Shown piece after piece: positions 1 to 11,504 of a DNA stretch of 64,000 bases. Source of the stretch: Azolla caroliniana (Eukaryota; Plantae; Polypodiophyta). The stretch is taken from assembly GCA_043228905.1 (NCBI GenBank), contig JBHGNT010000013.1:11408001-11472000 (forward strand), given 5' to 3'. Under the pieces are notes generated by a model. It was not told the DNA's origin and did not search any database. It saw only the letters and a list, made by a program, of their open reading frames with translations. How positions within the stretch are numbered: position 1 is the first letter of the stretch; every line of letters begins with the position of its first letter. A program made the translations under genes and the position numbers.

Positions 1-269
1 GAAGAGGTCGTTGCCTCTGTGTACTGCCGCCGCCTGTGGCGAAGACAGTGAGCTCAAGGTTGTTGCCTTGTAGCTTCACCATTGTACATCTCTGTTTATA
101 GTGATAGTTGGAGTTTGAGGACTCCCGTGGTTTTTCCCCATTTAGGGTTTTCCACGTAAAACATCCCGTGTACTCTTCTCTCTATTGTACTTCGTGCATT
201 TTGTATTTCCTGTTTTCTATGAGTTGATCCTATTCCTCGGTTGTGGCCGAGCACTGTTTTTCAACAAGG

Positions 270-281
270 TGGTATCAGAGC
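270..281 (+). promoter_or_regulatory. Primer-binding site (tRNA-iMet)
   Basis: TGGTATCAGAGC, 3 nt after the LTR terminal CA. Confidence 0.92.
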
Positions 282-297
282 GACGGTAACACAGAAA

Positions 298-3200
298 ATG
301 GAAGGCGGCGGTAGTGGGCCTCCGGGCATGATGGTGTTGAACTCACAGAACTACGCCGACTGGAAGATAAAGATGGAAGACCTTCTCATCGTCCGAGACC
401 TGTACGAACCGATCGACAATGCCGAGATACCCAAGGGAGTAATAGAGTCGGAGTGGAAGCTCCTGAACCGGAAAGCCGTAGCGACGATTCGGCAATATGT
501 CGATGTAAGCGTCCTACAGCATGTGGCGAACGACACCAACGCATATGAGATGTGGAAGAAGCTGTCGGGCCTCTACGAGAGGAAGAATGCGTTGAACCGG
601 ACCTCCCTGATGAGGAAGATAGTGAACCTCAAGTACCGGGACGGCGAGAATATGGTGGAACACGTGAGCACGTTCATGGGATTTGTGAACCAGCTTGCGG
701 CGATCAAGTTCCCGTTGGAGGATGCAATGCAAGCCATCATTCTGATGTGTACATTGCCGGAAAGCTGGGAGAACTTGGTGGTGACTCTCAGCACCTCCTG
801 CACCGAAGATAACTTGTCTCTACAAACGGTAAAGACAAGCATTTTGAACGAAGATGCGCGTCGGAGAGATAAAGAACCGGTTTCCGATCCGAAGATGCTG
901 CTTACCGAATCGGAACGGGGAAGACACTGGAACCGGAGTCCGCAAAGACGGGAGAAGTCGGGGACCCGGTCGCAGTCAAGAGGAAGACCCACCTGCTTCC
1001 ACTGTGGGAAGCCGGGGCACTTCCGGAAGAATTGTCGGCATTACCGAAAGGAGAACGGATCCGACGACACCGATTCGAAGAAGTCACCGGAGAGAAACGG
1101 TGCATACCGGGGAGCCACGGACCGGAGAGGTCTGGATCGGCGAGGGCAGGACCGGAAAGGAACGACGACACTCGCGGCAAGTGAGGAAGAAATCATGCTC
1201 ATTACCGAAGAGAGGGAGCTGAACCTTGCCGGTGTAGAGATGACCTGGGTGGTCGATTCCGGAGCGTCGTTCCACCTGACCCCAGAGAAGAAATACTTCT
1301 CATCCTACACAACCGGTGAGCACGGCTGTGTCCGGATGGGAAATGAAGGCACATGCCGGATTGCCGGCATAGGAGACGTGTGGCTGATGACATCAACCGG
1401 ATGCAAGATGCTGCTGAAGGATGTGCGACACGTTCCGGAGGTCCGATTGAACCTGATCTCGGCCGGGAGGCTAGATGATGAAGGCTACACGGGTAGCATC
1501 CGGAACGGTGTCATGAAGTTCAGCAAGGGGAGCCTGATAGTGGCTCGGGCCCGGAAGGTCAACACGCTGTACCTGATGAATTCCCGGCTATGTCCGGAGG
1601 AGCTGAACGTGGCAGCCGACACTGCCGGTGAGCTGTGGCACAAGAGACTGTGCCACATGAGTGAGAAGGGGATGAAGAGGCTTGCAGAAGACAACCTTAT
1701 TCCAGTGAAGCATGTGCACCTGGAGAAGTGCACCGACTGCCTAGCCGGTAAGCAAAACCGGACCTCCTTCCACTCAAGGCCACCGACGAGACGTCGCACA
1801 CCATTGGAGCTGGTGCACACTGACGTGTGTCAAGTAGAAACGAAGTCACATGGCGGAGCCCAGTACTTCGTGACATTCATTGATGACCACAGCCGGAAGC
1901 TGTGGACGGCACCGTTGAAGACAAAGGACCAAGTGTTGTGCGTCTTCAAAGAACTTCACGCGAGAATGGAAAGGGAATCCGGCAAGAAGCTGAAAGCGAT
2001 ACGAGCGGATAACGGAGGGGAATACCGGGGGCAGTTCCAGGAGTACTGTCGCTCGAAGGGAATCCGGCTCGAGTTTACTGTGCCGAAGACGCCGGAACTG
2101 AACGGGCTGGCCGAGAGGATGAACCGGACCATAATGGAGAGGGTCCGGAGTATGCTGGCGCATGCGAAATTACCCAAGGGATTTTGGGCTGAGGCAATGT
2201 CGACGGCGACGTATGTGATAAATAGATCACCCTCAGTACCTTTGGACGGAGACACGCCGCAGAAAGTTTGGACCGGTACGGAAGTGTCCTACCGGCATCT
2301 GAAGGTGTTCGGGTGTCTCGCATACGTGCATGTGGCAAAGGACCGGAGAGGAAAGTTAGATCCAAAGACCCGGCCATGCATATTCCTCGGTTACGGCGAC
2401 GACGAGTTCGGCTACCGAGTATGGGACCCGGTCGACAAGAAGATATTCAGGAGTCGAGATATCATCTTCATGGAGGACAAGACACTCGCCGACTGGGAGT
2501 CGGAGAAGAAGATGAAGAGCTCCAAGTCGACCGGTAAGGAGAAACTCTACGAGGAGCAGTTCCGACCGGCAAGGGACCGGTTAGCACTCGAGGATCCGGC
2601 CGAAGACGGTGAAGAAACAGAACCGGCCGAGGAATATGAAACTGATATCGGAACCGGCCCTGATCTCGAAATGGATTCGGATGAAGAGGAAACGGAGCAG
2701 CCGGTTACCGAAGCTCCGGAACGGAGATACCCTCTAAGAGAGAGAAGGCCCCCCCGGAGATTTCCGGAACCAGAACACGTGCTGCTAACCGACGAGGGGG
2801 AGCCGGAGAGTTTTGAAGAAGCAAAGCTTGACACCCATAGCCGCAGGTGGTTAAGTGCCATGCAGGAGGAGATGGATTCCCTGCATGAGAACCACACATA
2901 TGAACTTGTGGAGTTGCCGAAAGGAAAGCGGGCACTTCGAAACAAGTGGGTGTTCAAGCTGAAATCGGGAGATGCCGGAAACCCCCCGAGATACAAAGCC
3001 AGGATCGTGGTGAAGGGGTTCCAGCAGAAGAAGGGCGTCGATTTCGACGAGATATTTGCCCCGGTAGTGAAGATGACCTCCATCCGGACGGTGCTGAGCA
3101 TAGTGGCAAGCATGGACCTCAAGGTAGAACAGATGGACGTGAAGACGGCATTCCTTCACGGTGACCTCGAAGAAGAGATCTACATGCAGCAACCGGAAGG

Positions 3201-4371
3201 ATTCGAGAAGAAAGGGAAGGAGCACCTGGTATGCCGGTTGAAGAAGAGCCTTTACGGACTGAAGCAGGCTCCCCGGCAATGGTACCGGAAGTTCGACTCC
3301 TTCATGACCGACGAAGGGTACCACAAAACGCAGTCCGATCACTGCGTGTTTGTGAAGAAGTTCGAAGGAGGAGACTCTCTAATACTCCTCCTGTACGTGG
3401 ACGACATGTTGATCGTTGGTCGGGACCAGGTCAAGATACGGATGCTGAAGAAAGCGCTTCACCGAACCTTCTCAATGAAGGACCTGGGTCCGGCGAGGCA
3501 AATACTAGGGATGCAAATCATCCGGGACCGGAAGAAGAAGCAGTTGTGGCTGTCACAGGAGAAGTACGTGACAAAGGTGCTTCACCGGTTCAACATGTCG
3601 GAAGCAAGACCGGTCGGGTCAACCCTCCCGGCAAACTGCAAGTTGTCCAGCAAGCAAAGCCCCAAGACAAAGGCTGAGAAGGAGGACATGATGAAAGTAC
3701 CATATGCCTCTGCCGTCGGAAGCTTGATGTACGCAATGGTGTGTACAAGACCGGACATAGGATATGCAGTCGGAGTGGTGAGCCGGTACATGAGCAATCC
3801 CGGCAAAGAGCACTGGAACGCGGTCAAGTGGATACTCTGATACCTGAAGGGCACGGCAAACGTGTGCCTCCGATTCGGCTCCGGTAAGCCCGAACTCGAC
3901 GGCTTTACCGATTCGGATATGTCGGCTGATGAAGATACCAGCCGGTCCACATCAGGGTATGTGATGACGTATGCAGGGGGAGCTGTTTCGTGGCAGTCGA
4001 GGCTGCAGAAGACGGTTGCGTTGTCAACCACGGAGGCGGAGTACATGGCGGCTGTTGAAGCCGGCAAGGAAATAATATGGATGAAGGACTTCATTAGAGA
4101 GCTCGGTATCCGGCAAGAGGAGTACCGACTCTACTGTGACAGTCAGAGTGCCATCCACCTTGCGAAGAACGCGGCCTATCACTCCCGGACAAAGCACATC
4201 CAGCGAAGATATCACTGGATCCGGGAAAGGATAGAAGACCAGGAGTTCGTGCTGACGAAGATCCACACGGAAGAGAACGGGTCAGATATGCTGACCAAAG
4301 TGCTCACACCCGACAAGCTGGAAGCGTGCCGGAAGAGGGTCGGACTGGAAAGACATCCCATGTCGAAGTGA
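298..4371 (+). pseudogene. Copia gag-pol polyprotein with one premature stop (TGA 3838-3840)
   Basis: Zinc knuckle CFHCGKPGHFRKNC, protease DSGAS, integrase (VHTDV/ADNGGEY/AERMNRT), RT YVDD, RNase H (DSD...EAEY...CDSQ). ORFs 241-3840 and 3862-4371 share a frame; the intact sister copy has CGA at this codon. Confidence 0.93.
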
Positions 4372-4381
4372 AGGGGGAGTT

Positions 4382-4757
4382 TGTTGGGATTACGGTCCCT
4401 CCGGATGGGATGGTCGGATGTCCGGGAATCGGGAATGAAGACCCGGATGATGAAGACCCCCGGCTACGGAGCCGGATTATGAAGACGCCGGCTACGGAGC
4501 CGGATGATGAAGACCCCGGCTACGGAGCCGGATGATGAAGACCCCGGTTACGGAGCCGGATGATGAAGACCCCGGCTACGGAGCCGGATGACGAATGTAC
4601 CCGGAGAGAGATCCGGATGCGGGGACATATTTGTGAATATGTTTGCCAAGGGCCCTTGAGGCTATATTTGTAAATAGCCCGAAAGTCATATGTGTATAAA
4701 TATGACTTAGGGCAAACAGTTGTTGTTGTTGCTCATTTTTATGCGAAGTGAGTGCAG

Positions 4758-4792
<35 letters not shown>

Positions 4793-5058
4793 GAAGAGGT
4801 CGCTACCTCTGTGTACTGCCGCCGCCTGTGGCGAAGACAGTGAGCTCAAGGTTGTTGCCTTGTAGCTTCACCATTGTACATCTCTGTTTATAGTGATAGT
4901 TGGAGTTTGAGGACTCCCGTGGTTTTTCCCCATTTAGGGTTTTCCACGTAAAACATCCCGTGTACTCTTCTCTCTATTGTACTTCGTGCATTTTGTATTT
5001 CCTGTTTTCTGTGAGTTGATCCTATTCCTCGGTTGTGGCCGAGCACTGTTTTTCAACA
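4382..5058 (+). repeat. 3' LTR of copia A1, with a 28-bp tandem array (about 4440-4590) and an (AG)n tract (about 4760-4791)
   Basis: Unit GATGATGAAGACCCCGGCTACGGAGCCG recurs every 28 nt (e.g. 4503, 4531); TATA-like TATAAAT near 4695. Confidence 0.93.
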
Positions 5059-5187
5059 TAAAATGCATTTGGAAACTCTTGAAGGCGTTCATCTTTCTAT
5101 AACAAGCCATTAAGCTACTGTAAAATAAATATTTCATTATTTTTATTATTTTCTTTTTTTACATAATGTGTGAAGAATCACACAACA
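5059..5187 (-). mobile_element. 5' end of an LTR of an unidentified family X (target of copia A1)
   Basis: Reverse complement begins TGTTGTGTGATTCTTCACACAT...TAGCTTAATGGCTTG...CTTCAAGAG...GCATTTTA, homologous to 18523 onward (TGTCGTGTGGGTTTTCACACAT...TAGCTTAATGGCTTGG...CTTCAAGAGC...GCATTTTA). Confidence 0.7.
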
Positions 5188-6702
5188 TCGGATGGCTATC
5201 TCCACAAAGGAGAAGCCACCATCGTTTTTCGACCTGCAATTGATGCACATGGTTGAGGAAAACCATACAGATGCGTCGAGGAACACGCAATCTGACAACT
5301 GGATGCTGTACATGGAGGCGTATCGGCCCCGTGGTTGTGGTAGATGAGGTGGATCGGCATGCAATGGTGGCAGCCGACATGAGTAGAATCAGAGGCATAA
5401 TTGAAATGTTGACAACAGTTCCAAACCCTCCACAAGTAGGGGGAGTCAAGGCAGCGCCGGAAACTGGTAAGGGAAAGCTGAAACATAATGTTGGTATTGT
5501 GGTCAGAAAGGTTGCAAGGAGAGCTAGTGCTGGAAGAAGAATGCTGACTGCGATAAACTCGGATCGAGTAAAGCTGAACATGGAAATTGGCAACGATTGC
5601 ACTATGCCGAAGGGTCGGAAGGACCCGAAACCGGAAAGCCCCAACCTTTGTGATGAAGCACAAGGAAAATTCAATGAAGAAGAGCACCACAAAACCGAAC
5701 GAGGTGTGGTACATCGACTCTAGAGCGTCAAATCATATGACGAGCCATAAAGAGTGGTTCTCATACTTGGAGAAATTGGAACAACCGGGAGTCATCGAAA
5801 CCGGTGATGACACCGCACATTCGATCGAACATGTCGATGAAGTCCTCCTGAGTCATGTCAGATAGAAGGGGAGACTAATGAACGTAGTACACGTCCTGAC
5901 AATTACAAAAAACTTGGTGTCGGTTGAACATATCGTCGACCAAGGGATGCAAGTTAGGTTCACCCACCTCGGGTGCTTCATTGAAGAAGAGGTTCATATC
6001 TTTGTGCAAGGGCGCCGGGACGAGAGGATGTTCATCCTCGACACAAATGATGTCTGCACCGTATTGTTCGTGAAAGGCCAAAAATTCGATTCACATATTG
6101 ACTTATGGCATAAATAGATCAACCACATCAATTACCAAAGGCTTCAGGAGTTGCAATCGAAACAAGTTGTATTCAGTTTACTGAAGTTCAGTGGTCGGAA
6201 GACCCAAGTTTGTGAAGCATGCCAGCTAGGGAAGCAACACTGACTTCCATTCCCTAATGAGCGAAATTGGAGCCGAAACAAGCTCGACTTGATACATTCG
6301 GATGTATGGGGACCGGCACAAAATGTGAGCCTAGGTGGGAGTTGATACTTCGTCTCCTTCATCGACGACTACAACAGGCACACATGAATCTATTTCATCG
6401 AAAAGAAGGGTGAAGTCTTTGACTGTTTCCAGAACCTGCAAACTCTTGTGGAAAGGGAAATACAAAGGAAGATCAAGTGCCTACGGTCCAATGGTGAAAA
6501 GGAATACTTTTCCAGCCACTTCAATTGTTATCTTCAGCAAATGGGAATTCGACGCGAATTCAGCTGTAGATATACGTCGAAATAGAATGGGGTAGCCAGG
6601 TGAAAGAAGCGGTCGATTGTTGAAGCGGCACGGGAAATCCTGGAGGAGAAGAGCATGCCCAAGTTTTATTGGGCCAAAGCGGTTCAGACAACGGTCTACA
6701 TC

Positions 6703-7681
6703 GTGTAATTCTGCTTGTAAAGCAACAAGTCATAAGACATCAATAAAATCCGATTTCTTCATAGAGAGTGTGCTTAACATTTAGCTCCATGTAATAGTAA
6801 CATTAATGAAGTGTTTATTTGGTCCCTCCATACAGGTTACAATTTAGTACTCAGTTGATTGACGTGGAGCAATACGAGGTTTCTCATATATATTCAAGAG
6901 TGTTCATTAATTTCTTACTCTCATCAAATAGCCTATCAATAACACACAAAATGCTTCTACAAAAACGGATTACCTCTTCACCCGAGAGAACTTGTCTTTT
7001 ATTCCATTCTTCGTCAAATCTCTTCATATAATTTAGAAGTTTCTTGAAGCCACTCAACTGCATAGTAATACACCAAACAGTGCACCGGTATCATTAAACC
7101 AGAAATAAGATTTCTAACTTAAAAGAAAAAACAGAGATACCACCAAAGCAAAATTCATTTAACTGATATTTATCACTCTCAAATTCTTTACAAGATTGAT
7201 CTTACCTTTTATGTGTTCTTAAATATAAATGTTCTTTGTAGACCAAGTCTTGTATTTAATCTAAACCCCGGGTCCCCACACTCTTGAGTCTGATGTGATT
7301 TTGTTATTGTAATTAGTAAATCTTCCCCCAGTTTCACCTAATAGATTCTATCGTGTTTGGTGTCTAATTCTCTCTCGTTAACACAAATACATACACACCC
7401 ATCTTACATATTATATAATTGATTCATTCCTCTACATAAAATTATATGTTTAGCTCTTTACAAAATCAAGATACAAAGAGGCTCTGGAAGATTTTTCACA
7501 TGAGCTTCAATAAGAAGTTTCTGATTGAAATCTAAGCTCTTCCTCTGATAAAAAACCTACTTTGCATTATTAATGTACAATGAGCAATTTCTCTTTGTTT
7601 CTTTCATCTATCTTGCCTCTCTGTTTTCTTTCCGTGATGGTAATGAAAACTATTGGTGGAAAGAATTCGCCGGTCTCCACT
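6703..7681. other. Unidentified AT-rich insertion of about 1 kb interrupting the family-B integrase
   Basis: Integrase reads ...AVQTTVYI at 6702 and resumes at AHELHFGRKPNLRHLRVF near 7683. No ORF or clean TSD in between. Confidence 0.6.
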
Positions 7682-9303
7682 GGCACACGAGTTGCACTTC
7701 GGGCGAAAGCCGAACTTAAGACACTTGAGGGTATTCAGTAGCATTGCCTATGTGCATGTGCCTGATGGGAAGAGGAAGAAGCTGGACACGAAATCGGAAA
7801 GGTGCATACTAGTCGGCTACGCATTGGAACAAAAGGGGTATAAGTGTTATAAGCCCCGGACCAAGCAAGTCTGAGTAAGCCTAGATGTTGTGTTCAATGA
7901 GTCGGCATCCTGGTATGCTCTTCTGACTCCGACCCTCGATAACTCTAACCTCCCGATTTTTGAGGATGAGGCTAGTGAGGCCGACATCATTCAAGAAGAA
8001 GAAGAAGATTTCAACACTTTGGACGAGAGTCCGATTTCATTCCGGCTTAGTGGCCCGAATGAAGAGATGAGTTAGAATGACCAAACCGATCGTCTGTAAA
8101 TGGATATATAAGATGAAGTACAATGGCAATGGTTCGGTCAACCGGTACAAGGTCCGACTAGTGGCCAAGGGATACGCACAAACCCACGAAATCCACTATG
8201 ACGAGAACTTTACACCAATGGTGAAGATGATGATGGCTCGTGTGGTACTGTGTTGAGCGGACAAGATTAATTGGATCCGGATTGGCTGAATAAGCCAGAG
8301 TCGGATCAGATTCCGGAACGAAGAGCCGGATCAGTATCCGGATGGTATCCAGAACCAGGAGCCGGATAGGATTGTAACAAGTAGGCCGTGAGAAGTCTAC
8401 AATCTTAGCCTAGTACGCAGGCAGATTCCTGGGAATTAGTGTCAGTCGCTCGTATGAGCATTGAAGTACTTGTCAGTACTTTTGTCAGTCCTTTATGGGC
8501 TTGTATAAAAGTGCTCACTGAGCACATTGTATGTATAGAGTGTTATTATTTTGAATTGAGTTTTATGTTGTTCTGCTCTCTCTCTGTCTCTCCCGCTCTT
8601 TGTTTGTGTGATACAAGCTTCCATTAAACTTGTGTGTATTTTTTGTTGCTATCCGGAAAAACCAGTGTCGTGAAGAAAACCGTCCATGAGCGGAATCGGT
8701 GCACCGGAGCATAGGAACCGGCTCTTCATGCACGTACGCCTTGTGTTGTACATAGGAGAGAATTAGGGACATGGAAGATCCTAGGTAGGTAGATTCGGTA
8801 GGTAGGAAGTTAATAGGAAACGGCTCCCTTCTTGCCTATAAAAGGAGAGAGACGAGGAGGAGGAATGTATCGCGGAATCAGAGAGGACGAAGTGTTGTCG
8901 GGCTGTCGGTCGAAGGCTTCTCTCTCTTCCATACTCCATAGCTTCTTTCTGTGCAGGTTTCGGGAGGCTCGCGCTGCTCTGAGGAATGCCTGAGTGCTTC
9001 CGACAGCACCTCCAACCTACACCTTTCTTTCTGTGCGTTTACGAACAGGCATCGGCATCTGTTCGCCGGCCTGTTCGGTTGTAACCGACTTCGTGCTTCT
9101 TGTTGTTGTCTTTGTTAATACATACATACATTCGTGTCTCTCTGTGTCGCTGTCCCACTCGCGTCTTTGTGTCGAAGGGCCGTGTCCCTGTGAATCTACG
9201 CTCGCACGTAGTGGGTCTCTTTTCCTTTCTCTCTTGCTCTTCGGTACAGGACCCCCGAGGTCCCGCCTCATTCCACGCATCCGCGAGGAATACCTCGACA
9301 TCT

Positions 9304-9321
9304 TGGTGAACCCGACGTGAA
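9304..9321 (+). promoter_or_regulatory. Primer-binding site complementary to tRNA-Trp
   Basis: TGGTGAACCCGACGTGAA is the reverse complement of the plant cytosolic tRNA-Trp 3' end (...TTCACGTCGGGTTCACCA, recalled from memory). Confidence 0.82.
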
Positions 9322-9343
9322 GGAGGCGGCAGAAGAGCAGAAG

Positions 9344-11470
9344 ATGAAAGGGTCGGATCTTGCGGAGGCCATGGCTTCGGCCGTAGATCGGATATTGAGC
9401 GCACGCGAGGGCTCCGGCGCCCTCGACAGAGCCATTGAGGCGGTCGTCGGTACGATCGGCCGGTTCAGCGGAAAGGATGCCACGAAGTATTTGGCGTCCT
9501 ACGGGGCAGAAATGCTGATGCGGGACATTCCGGAAGAGAGGCGTCTTGCCGGGTTCCCTCGAGTGGCGATGCCGAGCATCCATGCGGAGGTGCTCGAGGT
9601 GCGGGCGGAGAGCCGTACCTGGGAGGAGTTCGAAGGTCGACTCCTGGAAAGATACGGGTTGGACGACGCGCTCCGGCTTTCGAAACGGGACTTCATGGAG
9701 TGGGTGGAGTCCCCCGGCAAGGGAAGAAACGCGTCAGCACTCCTCCGGGAGTTTGAAGAACGCTTTGCGCGCCTTTCGGCGCTTGACCGAACCATTCTGG
9801 ATACGAGCCGGGTCCTACTGTTCGTCAAGTCGGTGGACGAGCGGGATCGGGATCAAGTCGGCTCCTTGCTGGAAACTGAAGACGGGCTGACGACCGACCG
9901 GGCTGCAGTTAAGAGAGTCTGTGGCCGTTTCGACAAACGGCGAGAATGGGCTGATAACGGGGCGGCCGGTGTGGGGTCTGTCACAGCAAGGAGGCTTGAA
10001 CCGGCACCGCAAGAGCGAAGGGCAGAAGCCCGGGAGTGGCTCGAAACCGGGTCGGCTCCGACCGGCATGGTCAATGACTCGTCCGGAGGAGCAGCGCTGG
10101 AGGAGTTGACGCGGGCGATAAAGGATCTCTAGATCGCCCAGATTCGAAGGGAAGGCGGCGAACCGGCTCGTGACCGACGGCCGGTAGCATGGAACAGGTG
10201 CATGTGGTGCAACGAGGTCGGCCACATTCGGAAGGACTGCGGCGATTTCACAGAGGCGTTGAGGAACCGGGTGGTGTACCTATGGGAAGGCCGGGTGCAC
10301 GCCGGCGACACCAGAAGGACCCTAAACCGAAACAACGGGTGAGGAGGAATGAAGAGACTGATGGAAGAGGCAACGGCCCGACACGTGGAGGCCATCCACT
10401 ACTCGGCGTTGGCCGACATTCGGGTCGGGGGCAGCGAGGCCCGAAAGGAGGGCAAAGACGGATTCTGGTCAGCAATGCTGGAAGGTCTTGCCGGCGCACG
10501 GCTAAGGAAAGATGAAACGGACCGCGCTGAGAGACGGGTTCGGGAAATAACCGGGTGGAGCGATCCGGTCGAGGAGAAGACGGGCTTCGTAGAAGCCGCC
10601 TGCCGGAACTACGAGGCTCTGGTAGAAGACAAACGAGTGGGGAAAGCCGGAGCGGCCGGGCCCTCACAACGGTACGAGACCCGATTCGGGCAACGACGGA
10701 ACGATGCCGGTGGGTCCAGCTCGCAAGATAACCCCAGGAAGGGCGGATACCGACCGGGGACGGAAATAGAAAGGACTACGGACCTATGAAAGGTCCTAGA
10801 AGAACGGATCCTCGACAGCAAAGTGGAGCTGTCATTGCGAGAGGTGCTAGGGATCGCTAAGAAGGAGTTCCACGACTCCATTGTGGACCTGGTGAAACGG
10901 AAGAGGCTGTCGACGGAGACGGAACCGGAAAGACCGGTGGAGGTGCGGACGACGCACATCGACGACATGGCGCTAGAAGATGAGTGGGCGGAGAGCCACT
11001 ATTCAAGGCCGCACTGGGCCCGAGCGACCACGGAGACCCTGGTAAAGATCGGAGATGTTCAGGAACCGGTGGTGGCATTGGTGGACCACGGTTCGGAAAT
11101 AAACCTGATGACCATGGACTTCTATAAGAAGGGCAAGTGGCCGATCAACACCAAGCACGGGTGGAAGATACGGGCGGCGACGCGCGCCACCGAGGAACTG
11201 CACGGGGCCTGCCCGAACGTGCGAGTCAAGATCGACGATGTCGAGATTGACCAGCACTTCTTCGTACAGGAGACGTCCTCGCACCCGGTCATATTAGGGG
11301 AACCATACATCACGGCGGCGCGAATGGAGACCAAGGTGCTGGACAACGGTTCGGCCTACGCGAGGGTCAAAAGCCAGGACGAGCGCCATTTGGTGCAATT
11401 TCTGACGGTGCGGCCGAACCACGAGCGAAACCGCGAATCCCTCGGTGGCGAGAACCGGGAGGATTTTTAG
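9344..11470 (+). pseudogene. Gypsy ORF1: gag plus aspartic protease, with internal stops
   Basis: ORF pieces 9317-10132, 10349-10789 and 10823-11470 are in one frame. Zinc knuckle CMWCNEVGHIRKDC near 10200; protease LVDHGSEIN...VILGEPY. Confidence 0.85.
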
Positions 11471-11504
11471 AGGGGGCTGCCAAGGCGTGGGGCGGAGACA
11501 GCCC
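11461..11504 (+). promoter_or_regulatory. Putative -1 ribosomal frameshift signal (G GAT TTT TAG plus downstream stem)
   Basis: Heptamer GGATTTT directly precedes the ORF1 stop; GGGCTG...CAGCCC can pair downstream; ORF2 is exactly -1. Confidence 0.7.

Larger units (their letters stand above)
1..5058 (+). mobile_element. Ty1/copia LTR retrotransposon, family A copy 1 (Tnt1/Tork-like); 5' LTR cut by the window edge
   Basis: Partial 5' LTR 1-266 ends in CA; PBS TGGTATCAGAGC 270-281; gag-pol; PPT AAGGGGGAG 4371-4379; 3' LTR 4382-5058 (TG...CA). 1-266 matches 4793-5058 with about 3 substitutions. Confidence 0.96.

Noticed and set aside
3838-3840. In-frame TGA between RT and RNase H as a programmed read-through codon
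   Set aside because: Sister copy A4 has CGA here, so it is a simple CpG transition.
351-4266. Many antisense and alternate-frame ORFs over retroelement coding regions, repeated at 57-61 kb
   Set aside because: They are by-products of GC-rich coding sequence, recur only because the elements are copies, and show no recognisable motifs.
4440-4590. 28-bp repeat array as a CRISPR array
   Set aside because: Units are contiguous with no unique spacers, lie inside LTRs, and the context is eukaryotic.
8994-9320. ORFs within the gypsy LTRs (8994-9320, 15204-15749) as an env-like or extra gene
   Set aside because: They lie in LTR sequence, have non-ATG starts, and one LTR has a stop the other lacks.
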